A program made the translations under genes and the position numbers. This document shows, piece by piece, positions 23,489 to 36,031 of a DNA stretch of 57,235 nucleotides. The DNA comes from Fonticula alba ATCC 38817 (taxonomy: Eukaryota > Protista > Nucleariida). The notes beneath the pieces were generated by a model. The model did not search any database and was not told the DNA's origin. It saw only the letters and a program-made list of their open reading frames with translations. Positions within the stretch are counted from its first letter, which is position 1. Each line of letters opens with the position of its first letter. The stretch lies in the NCBI GenBank assembly GCA_000388065.2, contig KB932201.1. The stretch is one strand, 5' to 3'.

Positions 23489-26400
23489 ATGGCGGCGATG
23501 CACACCCTCGCCCAGCGGCACCCGGGCCTCGCGGCCGGGCCGTCAGAGAGCGAGGATTTCGATGTACATCCTTTCCCTCCCCTCGTGGGAGTTCCTCATT
23601 CCGTGTGAACACCCCCCCCCCCTCCTCTGTGCCTTTTCGCCTCCTCATCCTCTAACTGACTTCCGCCTTGTCCCCATTCTCGCCTATGCCTCCCTCCGCC
23701 CACCTCCGTTGCTCTGCCCCCCCCCCCACTCCCACCCCCCCTGTCACCGGGCCACACAGTCCTTCCTGGACGCCTACTCGCAGGAGTTCCCCGCAACCGG
23801 ACTGGTCCCCCTATCGCCAGATCGGAGCCTGGCAACCGGAGCCAGCTTGGCTGGGCTGTCAGCCGTTTCGGCCCAGGCGCTGACCGATGCCTGGGGCCAC
23901 ATCTGTCATCGCCCCGGGGCTCCGGCCACGGGAGCCTGTGCCAAGGCTTGTGACGCGGTGTCTCGTGCGGTGTTGGACAACTACACCACAGCCGGGGTCG
24001 TCGGCACGAGCATCTACAACCCGAGCGCCGTGCCATCAGCCGCCACCGGGCAGCTCGACGCCCCGGACTCTCAGGGCATCACCGTCTTCCTCGATCTCTT
24101 TGTCCCGGCGCCCTTCAGGTATGCCAGCGACCAGCTGTCCATCCCTCCTTCCCGCCAGAGCCCGCCGCGGCCTCTGTGCGGGGCCTGTTTGCCTTTTGCC
24201 CTCCCCCGGCCCTCTTTATCTTTATCCTCCCCCCACTGACCTCCTTCTCCCCCCCCCCTCTCTCTCTCTCTGTCTCCATCTCAACTCTTCCCTCCGGGCA
24301 TGCTGAAGCTCCATTCCCCACTTCTCCATCCTGGGCCCCTCGCCGCCTGGCCGGTCAGCTCGGTCATCGACGCTCATCATCTCCGGCCAAGGCCCAGCCA
24401 GCCGGCTGAAGTACAGCGCCATTCACTCGCTGCTGGCCCCCCGGCGCACGTCGGCCTCCTTCCACTCCATCTCGCCGGACATGATCCAGAATTTCCTCAA
24501 GGGCGCCGGGCTGGAGGATCTGCCCGCCCGGCCGCGCGCCGAGGCCCCCATGGTCTCCTCGCTGCTGGATGTGCTGGGCCTCAACTCCGGGTACTTCATC
24601 CGGGCCCTGTACACGCAGCCGGAGCTCGGTGGTGATCTGGTGGCTCTGCACATTGGTGTGCTTCAGGTGCCGGGGGCCTTCTCGCCGGTGCTCCCGGCCG
24701 GCACCGGCACCGGCACCGGCCCCGACCAGACGGCCCCCTCCCCGGAGCAGGTTGTCACCTACGGCGGCACCATTCTGACCGAGCGTTTCTTGGACCCGGT
24801 TTTCCAGCGGTCCTTCCTGCTGGAGTTCCTGGGCTTCAATGAGGCCCAAATCCAGGGCCTGGTACGCCTCGTTCGGATCCTCCGGTCACTGGAGTTGACT
24901 TGCTTCACGGTACGCCCATGTGGCATTCATGTCTCGCCGCGGCTGTCCTGCCCCCCCCCCCCCCCCCTCCATCTTCTTCTGACGCTGCTCGCATTTTCCC
25001 TCCGCATACATGGCCTGTCCCCCATGCGCCTGGCTGTGGTGCCCTGCAGATCGACCAAGACGACAGCTGTTCCATTCGTCTGTCGCCGGTCCCGGCGCCG
25101 TACGACAGCAGCGCCCAGGACCCCTCGGTGGGGCTGGCCACCCTCAGCAGCGACATTGTGGCCTTCCTGCTTGGGACCTCGGCCGGCGAGGACACGGCCC
25201 CCTCGTCGCCCGACTCCCTGGGGTCTTCGCCCAAGGGCGGGAATGACCTGCGCACGCAGCTGACCGGGCAGCTTCTCCAGGCGGAATCTCGCCGGACCCT
25301 GTTGCTGTCCTTCCTGTCGGCCTGCATCCGATCGCTGGTCCTCTCCCGCGCCAATGGGCTGTGGGCCAGTGGGATCTTGGACCCGAGCAATGGGGCCCTG
25401 TTGGCGCCGGCCACCGGGGGGAGCCCCGGCTCCCCGGGCAATGGCGCTGCCTACACCACTTCCCTGCTGGTGAGCCTCAGCGGGGAGCATGGGCTGGCGT
25501 GGCAGCCGCGCGTGGCCCACTGTGTGGCCAGTAACTTCTCCCTGAGGGCGCTGTTCCATCCGTATCCGCTGTCGGCGGCCGATCCAAATGGCGGGCACCC
25601 GGCCGTGTCGACCCTGGCCCCGGAATTCACGTCCCCCTATGGGAGCCTGAGCCCGCGCACGGTGCAGCTGTTCGGCATCCTCGGCCTGTCGGCCACCATC
25701 GTGGTGGAGGGGCTGCTTTCGCCGCCGGCCGAGGTGCTTGACCATCTGGACCAGACAACCACCATGGCCAGTGTGTTGCATGTGGTAGATGCCAACCCCG
25801 GCCGGGAGGCGCGGCGCCTGGATGCGGACTTTGTGTGTCAGCAGGTGGGGCCGCTTTTCGGGGTCGGTCTGCTTGCGGCCTTGCAGGCGCAGAATGACCA
25901 GCGCCAGGCCCTCGGAGAGGCCCTGCGCAATGAGGTGGATCAGGCCCTGCTGCTGCGGGCGGCGCGTGATCGGGCCGCCGGCCGAGGCCAGTCCCTCGGC
26001 CATTACCAGCAGGTGCAGCAGTACCACCACCAGGCTCAGCAGCAGCAATCTGCGGCAGCGGGACACCTCCAGCAGACCTCGGGCCCGACCGGCGCCGGTC
26101 GCCGGCCGAATCTCTCGGTGCAGACAACCGGCCCGGCAGTCGGGCCCGCGGGCATGCGGCGCCCGGGCACTGGCGGTGCTTTGACCCCACTCAGTCCCTC
26201 GGTGGTTACCCCGTCAGATATGTTCTTCCTTTCCTCGCAATATGCCTCCTGGCTGGACTCATTGCCGGTGTTGGACACGCGCCAGTGGCTGGGCGGTGGT
26301 CAGGGTACCGGAGTGTCGACGTCGAAGAACTTCTTCCTTACACATGCCGAGCATGCGGTCAATGCATACTCCGGCTTCTACTCGGATCGTGCGTGTGCTG

Positions 26401-28530
26401 TCTTTCCCTGGGGCTCCTTCCATCATGTCTCCCTCTCTCCCTCTCCCTCTCTCCCTCTCCCTCTCCCTCTCCCTCCCTCCCTCCCTCTCCCTCNNNNNNN
26501 NNNNNNNNNNNNNNNNNNNNNNNNNNNNNNNNNNNNNNNNNNNNNNNNNNNNNNNNNNNNNNNNNNNNNNNNNNNNNNNNNNNNNNNNNNNNNNNNNNNN
26601 NNNNNNNNNNNNNNNNNNNNNNNNNNNNNNNNNNNNNNNNNNNNNNNNNNNNNNNNNNNNNNNNNNNNNNNNNNNNNNNNNNNNNNNNNNNNNNNNNNNN
26701 NNNNNNNNNNNNNNNNNNNNNNNNNNNNNNNNNNNNNNNNNNNNNNNNNNNNNNCCTCCCTCCCCCCTCCCTCTCTCCCCCTCCCTCTCTCTGACTCGAT
26801 TGTTCGCGATGCCCCCGTGTGCCTGCTTTTGCTTCTGTCCGATTTTCTTTCCCTTGCTCTTTGTGCACCGCTCATCCTGCCACGGTTCAGCCAACCACAC
26901 CGAGTACATCACGGCCCCGGGGCAAGCCCATGGGCCCATGAGTTTGAGCATTAGCACCAAGCGCTCGACCAGCTCTTCAGATGCATACATGATCAGTACC
27001 GAGGTGATTCTGCGCATGGGCACGCGGCCCGTGTCGCACCATGAGGCCACCTTCAACTTGCGCCCGGGCATGCTGTCGCGCATTTGCGCCGGCGGCTTCT
27101 CCGCATCGCGCATCCCCGTTGACAAGGTCCTTTACGAGCTGGTCAAGGAGGTCCCCGACCTGCAGCGGGTCACGCCGGATGCCTTCATCCGATGCAAGCG
27201 GCCGGAGGTGGTGGGCAAGCTGCTGCTGGAGTCCGATCGTCGCCAGGTAGGTCTTGCCTTCTTTCTTTTTTCCCCTGGCTCCCTCTCCTCCCTGCTGTGC
27301 TGGTATTGCCTGGTGTAGGCGTCAGGCTGACTTCCGCCCTGCCATCCTCCCCTCCCCCCCCCCCCCCCCGCCTCCCTCCTGGTGCTTTGTGTTTTTTTTT
27401 ATGGCCGCTCGCCTCAGTTGAACACCACTTTCAAGTTTGGCGTGCTGCACGCGCGCCGCGGGGCTCCGCTGAATGAGGTGACCCTCTTCAACCACCTCCC
27501 GCTGACCGGCTCGCAGGCGGCCACCGAGCAGCGCATGATGTCCGAGACGAATGCCACCAAGTCGCGGCCGACCCTCTTCGACCCGGCTCGGCTGAATGGC
27601 ATGCAGAATTCCAAGACCGTGCCCTTCCTGCCGGTTCTGTTTGACATGTTCCTGGCGCGCATCGGGCGCCTGGTGGAGCTGAAGGACTGGGGGAAATTCC
27701 GCGGCGGCCTGGACAACAAGACCGACACCACCGGCACGCACTCGGTCTTCACGCAGTTCGACAACCTGTATGATGTCATGTTCCATGTGTGTGAGATGCT
27801 GCCGCACAAGGAGGGCGACACGCAGCAGCTTGAGCGCAAGCGCCACATCGGCAATGACATTGTGGTGGTGGTCTTCTGTGATACCATCGGCGAGCTGATG
27901 GGCCTGGGATATGGCGAGGCCGAGCGCGAGCAGCGGCCCAATGCGACCCCCACCACGGCCCGCAAGTCCGGGGCCTCCTCCATCGATAACATTTGCTTGA
28001 GCCACCAGATCCGTGCGTTCCTTGTGGCGCTGTGTCCCTCCGCCCCCCCCCCCTCTCCATATCCCCGTCGATTTTGTGCCTACCTTTTTTTGTCCTTCGG
28101 GCCCCGGTTGCGGACCCTCGCCCCCCCCCCCCCCCCCCCCCCAGATGTGGCGGTTGCCGTGACCCCGGTATCGGAGTCCCTCTACCTGGTGCGCATCATC
28201 CGGAAGGACGGTGTGTCGCGCTTCTTGCCGGAGGCGCAGAAGTCCAACTTCGTGTCGTCCGGTCTGCTGGAGGAGCTCTCCAACAAGCACCCGAGCGCGG
28301 CCCTCTTCACGCCCTCCGGCGGGGAGACCCCCTTCGAGCCGGACCGCGACAACGACTGGATCCTGATGCGGTCGTCGGATGGGAACTTCGAGCAGGCCTT
28401 CATTTGGCTATTGATTCAGGCCGAGCGGGCCGCCTTCCGGGCCGCCTCCTTCGATGCGAAGCTTTCCCGCACGCGGAATGCCATGCTGTCGAATGTCATC
28501 GACTCGGCGCGGGCCGAGATGGGTCTCTAG
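23489..28530 (+). CDS. Rap1GAP/SIPA1-family Rap GTPase-activating protein with a long N-terminal extension, about 1200 aa
   Basis: Exons 23489-23563, 23760-24118, (24309 or 24402)-24861, 25050-26388, 26891-27246, 27418-28012 and 28145-28530. The GAP domain shows TFKFGVL, FRGGLDNKTDTTGTHSVF, MFHVCEMLPHKEGDTQQLERKRHIGNDIVVVVF (catalytic Asn retained) and LIQAERAAFRAASFDAKLSRTR. The start codon and the exon 3 acceptor are less certain. Confidence 0.88.
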
Positions 28531-28646
28531 GGGTTTTGGGTGTGGGGCGCATGTGCCCGGCTCTGCGCGCCTTCTCCCCCTCTCTACCACCTCCAGCCGA
28601 TTGTCCCCTCGCCTGGTTTCTGGCTGATTCCCTCCCTCCCTCCCTC

Positions 28647-28685
<39 letters not shown>

Positions 28686-29126
28686 GCGTCCCCCTCTCTG
28701 GGGAGGACAAAGAACACCGGATCAGGGGCGGCAGAACAAAAGCAGGCTCTCCCCCCTCCTCTCCGCCCTGCTTTCTCCCTTTCGCGTTGATCTTCCGCCT
28801 GTCCTTTTTTCAGGCATGTCACCAGACGCATCTAGCGTCACAATACAGCACATGTCGACTCCGGCCCTCCTCCCCGCTCTTTCTTTCTTTCCCTCTCTCG
28901 CGTCTCAAAAAGCAGGGATGCGTGTCAATTCGGTTGAGCATTTCCCGGCCTGTGCCCTCGCGTGTGCACAGGAAAATGGCGGCGCAGGCATGGGGAAGCA
29001 TGTGTCGGGTTATATTTCAATATGTGCGGGCATGTGAAAAAAGAGGGGGGGAGAGGGGGAGGAAAGCCCCAAGGCTGGGCATCTGATGGAGGGAGAAAAG
29101 GCGAGCGCAGGGGCGGCCAATTGTGT

Positions 29127-30062
29127 TCACTCCTCGTCTTCCTCGTCCTCCTCGTCATCGGTGCCACACTCGCCATCACAGTCGGAGCCGCACTCGTCGC
29201 CGCAGCAGCCCTCGCAGTCGGAGTCCTCACAGTGGCCATCCTCCTCGCCATCCTCCTCGTCATCCTCCTCGTCCTCGGAAGAGGAAAGCCCATCGAGCTT
29301 CTTCTGCGCGCGGTGCTTCTCCACGTTCCAGTCCTCATGGACCAGGTCGAAGTCCTCGTTGAAGCCGAGGCGGCGGAGGTCGCGCATGGTCTCGCGCGGG
29401 TCGGCTGGGTCCGTATGTATGGAGAAGAGCGTCGGGGTGTTTCGACGGTCAGAAAGGAATACCCGACCCCCGGAAAAAAGTCCACGGGCGACGCCCCCCT
29501 CCTCCCCCCCGGAAATATAGACACGCGTATGTGCCAGGGCGCGGTGTGTGTGTGTGTGTGTGTGTGTGTGTGCACGCACCCAGCGTCTGCAGGTGGAAGA
29601 AGTCCAGGAAGCCGCCGCGGGAGAGCTGCTTGCAGGCCAGCTCCGGGTCGATGTTGGCCTCCTTGGCCGCATCGGCGTCCATGGCAAAGTAGAGGATAAT
29701 CTCGTCCAGCTCGTCCTCATCGAAGCCCACCCCGTTGGAGGCGGCCGTGAAGTTGACGATGTCCGGGCGGCTCATGTAGCCGTCGGCATTGCTATCTGTG
29801 ATGATGGGCGGATGGGGGGGGGGGGGGAGGGAGGAAGGGGCATAGGTGAGATACGGCCGAGGGAACAACGGAGGACCGGAGGCGGAAAGGAAGAGGAGAG
29901 AAAGAGAGAGAGATGGACAGGAGGAGAGTGGGAGACACAGGTCGCACCAAAGCGATCGAAGATCTTATTGAGAGCAGCCTCGAACTTGGGGACGAAGTGA
30001 TCCGTCTCGTTGTCGATCATCTTGCTGAAGTAGCTGGGCATCTCAATGGCATCGGTAGACAT
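29127..30062 (-). CDS. Small EF-hand protein (Miro-type EF-hand plus ligand-mimic module) with an acidic, Cys-rich C-terminal tail, 202 aa
   Basis: Exons 30062-29948, 29795-29580 and 29404-29127 (phases 1, 1). Spliced protein: AALNKIFDRFDSNADGYMSRPD..LSRGGFLDFFHLQTLADPRETMRDLRRLGFNEDFDL. The EF loop spans the first junction. Confidence 0.88.
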
Positions 30063-31613
30063 GGTGACAGTAGTATTGGGGGTTTCGCGGGGGTTTGACG
30101 TGCGCGCAGAGGAGGGGAGGGGAGGGGAGGGGGGAGGGGGGACAATGGAGTGGAGGTGCTGAGCTTGGAGCAGCAACCGGACTGTTGGCCGGTGCCCTAA
30201 GAGCCTCGTGTGTCCCGGATGGCAGGGCTCCGATGATGGCAGGAGGGGCGACAGTGCGATCTTGCTCTCTCTCTCTCTCTCTCTCGGAGGCGCAATGGAG
30301 ATCCTGGGCCTCTGCGCGCGCCCAGAGGGCGGGCGAGGGGGGGCGGGGGAGGGCGCCAAGCAGGCGGATGCCGGTGCATGGGGGTGGAAACGCACTGAAT
30401 TTCCCGGAGCCGGGGGGGGGGGGGAGATCTAACCTGGCGCGTGGGTCCAAGGAAAAGAGACGATCAGCCGTGTTGCGTGGGCTGAAACACGTGCCGCAGG
30501 GGCTGATTAGCCACACATATCGGCTGATCGGAGGAAGTGACGTGCGCCACGGCGCTACGGCGCCAGGTCTCAGGCAGCCGACAAGTACGATCGGGCCGAG
30601 GGGGTGTGCTTGGCCCGGGCAGAGGACGGCAGGAGGGGGGGTCCGGCACTGAAGGAGGTGCCGGGGCAGAGGCATGGAGGTTAATGCCGAGTTGGAACGG
30701 GGCCCTCGGCGGGGAAATGAATGTTGCTGTGCCAGGCGGGGGGGGGGGGGATGTGCTGCGAGCAGGCTCCTGTCGGAGGTGTGTCCTGTATGCGCGCGCA
30801 TGCGTGCCGCAGTGCACTCTGTGCCAACGGGATACGGCGCGGGCCCGGGGACGGTGCAGCATGGACTCCGTGCGTGCTCGTGGAGAGGCCTCAGCCCCCG
30901 CTGCGTTCTGGGGTGCCGGTGGGGACACGCCGGGGCCTCCGCCATCCTTGACTGGGGATGGAGAGGGCGCCGGCGACAAGTGATGAGCGTGGCAACTGGC
31001 GGGGGGAACGAGCCCCCAGATGTTCCGCCCCCCCTCCCCCTCGGGCCGGGGGGCAACCCTGGGAGAGGCAGGAAGGTGGCCACCATCCCTTGCGCCCCTT
31101 TGGGCGAGGGGGTGGGTGGCCGGCGCGCGCCTGCGTCCTGTTTGGGGTTCTGGTGTGCTGGTTTGCTTTTGTGGTTTTTATTTCGCTTGGGGGGGGGGGG
31201 GGGGATCGCGCAAGCCTCGGGGGCGCGGTATATTGTCACCCGCCATATTCCCTGGCGGTCGGCCCGGGCCTCGAGAGTTTTTGCTGGCATCCGTGGTGGG
31301 TATGCGAATGCACGCGCGTATCTGGATGTGTGCGAACGGCGGGCCCACCGGGCCGCCCCCTCCAAGTGGCAGAGGCCCGGAGGAGGCGTGCACAAGGACC
31401 GGGGAGGGGCTTCACAAAAAACGGAGGGCGCGGGGGGACCGGGCCGAGGGCAAGGGGAGTCGGGCCGCCTTTTTTGCCCCTTGTCCCCCGGCCCCAGGGT
31501 GCGGAGTCGAGGAATGCGGGCCCCTTGGGCGAGAGGCATTCCGGTCTCCCAAGGGGTGTGTGGGGGGGGGAGGAGCCTCACCCCCTTCCCGGCTTCCTGG
31601 GATGGCCATGGAG

Positions 31614-31651
<38 letters not shown>

Positions 31652-32557
31652 CGCACCGGGGCGCATGCGTCGCGAGCGTCCCCCTTCCGGCACTCCCTCA
31701 GGGCGGGTGTGTCGTCGGCCGGCGGCGACACTGCGGCGCGCGGGTTCCCGCGTTTCCCCCGGCCCCCTCCCACCCCCCGGGAGCCCGGCCGGGGAGCGGC
31801 GCAGCCCTTTTGGTGCCCATGTCCGGTGAGGCGAGCGAGGGCGCCGGAGCACAGATGCCCGCTCAGGAGCCGAGGAATGCGCCCGCGCCCGGCGGGATAT
31901 GCAGAGGGCCCGAGTGGCCGGTGGGCCGCCGGGGCGCCTCCCCCGCGCGGAGAGTTGGGACCTCCGGACTCGTTCTTCCGGTATTGCCCCGGCCGGCGGG
32001 CAAGGGCCGCATCGACGCCTGGGCAGGTTGTTGTGGCTTCCTTGCCGCCCCGGGGCCAGACGTCCCCACCTCCCGGGGGGGAGGGGGGGGGTGCGGAGGC
32101 CGCCGCTCACGAGTCATTGGTCGGTCGCGCCTGCCCCTGCCCCGTCCTCACCACCGGCCGGGGGCGGGGGGGGGGGGGGGGCCGTCATGGCCCCTCCCCA
32201 ATATATATCGGCCGCGGGGCGGGTGGAGGCCGGCACGGGCCAGCCTCATTTGTGCGACGGCGTGTGGGCCTCCCGACGCGTGAGCGTGCGCCCTGTCGCC
32301 TGCCCGCGGCCGGGGAATGTGTGCCCGATGCACGCGGCCGGAGAAGAGCGGCGGGCGGGGGGAGGGGGGGAGGCCGGGCACCGGATGCCGGCACTTGCAT
32401 CATCGGGGGCGGCGGGTTTTCTGCCTGTCGCGAGCTCGCTCTCGCTCCGGGCCGGGGATGTGGGTCAAATGTTGTTCCTCCGCCGGTGCCCCGGGCGTCG
32501 TGGCCCCGCAGGGGGCGCCGGGCGAGGGCGGGGGGGGGGGGGGGGGGAAAACACAAC

Positions 32558-33925
32558 CACACACACACACGAGAGGGCTGAGCCGCCGAGGGGGTTGTTT
32601 CCAGAGTCCCCCGCCCACCGGGCTGCCTCTCTGCTGGCCCTCGCGAAGGGAGGGATCGACAGTTGCCGGGTCCGCCGAGTGACCACACCGCTGGGGCTTG
32701 TGCCCGTGCGTCCGGTGCCATTGGCCAGGATGCGGTGTGAGGCCGTGACAGTCTGCTGCTGGTGTTGCCTCGCCGAGCCGCCCGGCCCGCCTGTCCCGGG
32801 TCCGGATGGGGGCCCCTGCTCGAGCGGGTCTCGTGCCTGCGAGCCGACGACGAGCATGACAACGCTTCGGGTCGGCGAGGGGGGCGGGGAAAGGCCCGGC
32901 CGCTGGGGGGATCGCATCCCGCTGTGGCCATCCTCGCAGCGCGGCCGGAGTCCCGCCGCGCGCCGGCACACGACGCCGAAATCAAGCGGCCACAAGTCGA
33001 TGCCTTTTGTCCCCGGGCAAGGGGTTGCGAAGGACAATGTGCGGGGTTCACACGGGCCGGGGCGCGCGCGGGCTCGCGCGACGCTCCCCCGGGGCTGGCC
33101 CCTCGACTGGGTGTGTTGCGAAGGCTGACACCCGCCCCGCCCTTGGCCCGGGTGTGGGTATCAGCCCCGGTGTGGAAGTTTGGGCCCCGCCTTGGGGCTG
33201 GCCTGCGCCCGCCTTCGCCAGCCTCGGCCGCCAGCCNNNNNNNNNNCACACACACACACGAGAGGGCTGAGCCGCCGAGGGGGTTGTTTCCAGAGTCCCC
33301 CGCCCACCGGGCTGCCTCTCTGCTGGCCCTCGCGAAGGGAGGGATCGACAGTTGCCGGGTCCGCCGAGTGACCACACCGCTGGGGCTTGTGCCCGTGCGT
33401 CCGGTGCCATTGGCCAGGATGCGGTGTGAGGCCGTGACAGTCTGCTGCTGGTGTTGCCTCGCCGAGCCGCCCGGCCCGCCTGTCCCGGGTCCGGATGGGG
33501 GCCCCTGCTCGAGCGGGTCTCGTGCCTGCGAGCCGACGACGAGCATGACAACGCTTCGGGTCGGCGAGGGGGGCGGGGAAAGGCCCGGCCGCTGGGGGGA
33601 TCGCATCCCGCTGTGGCCATCCTCGCAGCGCGGCCGGAGTCCCGCCGCGCGCCGGCACACGACGCCGAAATCAAGCGGCCACAAGTCGATGCCTTTTGTC
33701 CCCGGGCAAGGGGTTGCGAAGGACAATGTGCGGGGTTCACACGGGCCGGGGCGCGCGCGGGCTCGCGCGACGCTCCCCCGGGGCTGGCCCCTCGACTGGG
33801 TGTGTTGCGAAGGCTGACACCCGCCCCGCCCTTGGCCCGGGTGTGGGTATCAGCCCCGGTGTGGAAGTTTGGGCCCCGCCTTGGGGCTGGCCTGCGCCCG
33901 CCTTCGCCAGCCTCGGCCGCCAGCC
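32558..33925. repeat. Apparently identical 679-bp direct duplication (32558-33236 = 33247-33925) separated by a 10-N gap; probable unmerged contig overlap
   Basis: ORF translations repeat at a fixed 689-nt offset (32762/33451, 33007/33696), and the copy boundaries abut the gap exactly. Confidence 0.9.
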
Positions 33926-36031
33926 AGCCAGGCTGCCGGCTGGCCAGGCTGGGGGGGTGGGGGGCGGGCCCCGGCGCAAGGTCGTGGCCGCCTCAGGGAA
34001 CCGGGCGGGGAGGCGGGCAGGAGGCTGCGGGAACACACACACACACACACACACACACGGCCGGAGGGGCAGGAGCCCAGTGAGAGGGAAGGGCAAGCGC
34101 ATGTGGCGTATGTGGCACACGCATGCGTGCGCGCGCGCGCGCGCGCGAGAGGCCAGGACATGCGGGGCGGGCCGCTCGGCAGTGCCCCGTTCATGGGCGG
34201 ACCTTATCCCGCGGACCGGGGGAGGGGGGGGTTGTCACCTCTGCACACCTGAGCCAGGGGACATGGGCGAGAGTCCGGGATAAGAACTCAGAAGGGGCGC
34301 CGGGGTACCGGGGGGGGGGCGGGGGGAACAGGAGCAAGCCCAGGAGTGACACGGATCCATCGCACGGGGCGTCCTCGCGGGCGCTGTGCCCCCTCCCCCC
34401 TCCGGGCACACCCTCGCCTATTGTTCTGGGGAAGGCGGCGTATGCCTGGCAAGCTCCTGAGCATGCCTGAGTGGCCCCGCCGACACCCGCGAAGGTTGGA
34501 CGGCGGCACAGGCACGGACTAGCCGCCGGGGGAAACGCGCGCGGGGGGGGGGGGGGGGGGCGGAATGTTTGCCCGACCGCGGCACAGCCGCAGGCATGGC
34601 GATGCGCCCGCATGCACGCACAAACACCATCACAATGTGGCGGCGCGGCGTGGTTGTTGCCGTCGGCTGGGGGGGCGCGCGAGATATCCTGCACCACGGC
34701 CGGCACATTCTTACCTGCGCGTAAAGGACCCCGCCTCCCGGGCGCGCCGGCGCTCGGCCACCCGTGGATGCGCCCTTGCCAGATGACTCACGGAGGGAGG
34801 AGCCCAGGGACTCGTAACCGGGGACCCTCCTCGCGCAGGGGGCCCGGGGTGTCCCCTCCGTCCCTTTCCCCCCCCCCCCCCTCGAAGGAGACGCCTGCCA
34901 GTCGTGCGTGTTTCTCGTCACCAGGGCAAGCTCGTACACGCGCCCGGCCCGCACCGAATTTACAAACACACACATATATGCACACGCACATGCACCGGCA
35001 CACATCCAGGCGGCCAGCCGCTGCCCGTGGCCCGTGTTTCCGGGTGTTTCGGGCCACGGGCCCCCACTGAGGGCCGCTTCCGGCCACCTGCCCCTCGATG
35101 GCACTTGCACCGGCCTGCCCGTCCAGGCGGGGTTCCCTCTGTCTTTTTTTTTTTCGCTCCCCCCCCCCCACCACCCCCCGATGGGTTTGTCCGGTAAACA
35201 CACAAGCGCCACAGGGTGCTTCTTTTCTCGCTCCAGCCCGAGCCTCTTCGGACTGGCTGGCTTGGCAACATCCCCTCCCCTTCCTCCCCCCCCCCCCTTC
35301 CTCCCCCCTCCCTGCACCTCCGTTTCTGCACCGCCGCCCTTCGCACGCTCCTCTCGCACGCTCCTCGCTCGCGCCCTCCCCTCGCTGTGTACGCCCGTGG
35401 GCTCGGTCCGCTTGCTCTCGCTCTCGCTCTCGCCCTCCCCCCCTCCCCTTGTCCTGCCGATCTCCGGCGCGCGGTGCCCCGTCCCCCGGGCATGCACATT
35501 CGCATGTGACTTGGTCTCATCCTACCCCCCCCCCTCCCCCGCGACTGCCATCTGACCCCTGCCGCCTCGCTCCTGTCCCCTCTCCGCCCCCTCTGTCCTC
35601 CCGACAGAGAGAGGCACCATCTCCCCTTCGTCACCTTCCTCCATCCGTCCTTCGCTTCCTCTCCACCTCCCCTCTCCCCCCCCTCCCCCCGGCGTGTCGC
35701 GTACAGTCCCTGTCAAGCCATCCGGCCCGCGCGGCAGCCCGCTCACCCCCNNNNNNNNNNNNNNNNNNNNNNNNNNNNNNNNNNNNNNNNNNNNNNNNNN
35801 NNNNNNNNNNNNNNNNNNNNNNNNNNNNNNNNNNNNNNNNNCCCCCCCCGCCCGTGTCGTCTTCCCCCTCCTCTCTCTCTGCCTCTTCGATCCTGGCCCC
35901 GCGCCGCTTCGTCGACTTCCGCCACTGACCTCTACCCAATCCTCGTCCTTCCCTCTCTCCCTTCTCTCTCCCGCCCCCCTCTCGCCTCTCCTGGCAGTCG
36001 TAACGGGAGTGTGTTTCGTGCCCCCTGTACG

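Noticed and set aside
30043-33817. Several 400-630 aa ORFs on both strands in the intergenic region
   Set aside because: G/P/R/A-rich translations of GC-rich DNA. They have non-ATG starts, no motifs and read through homopolymers.
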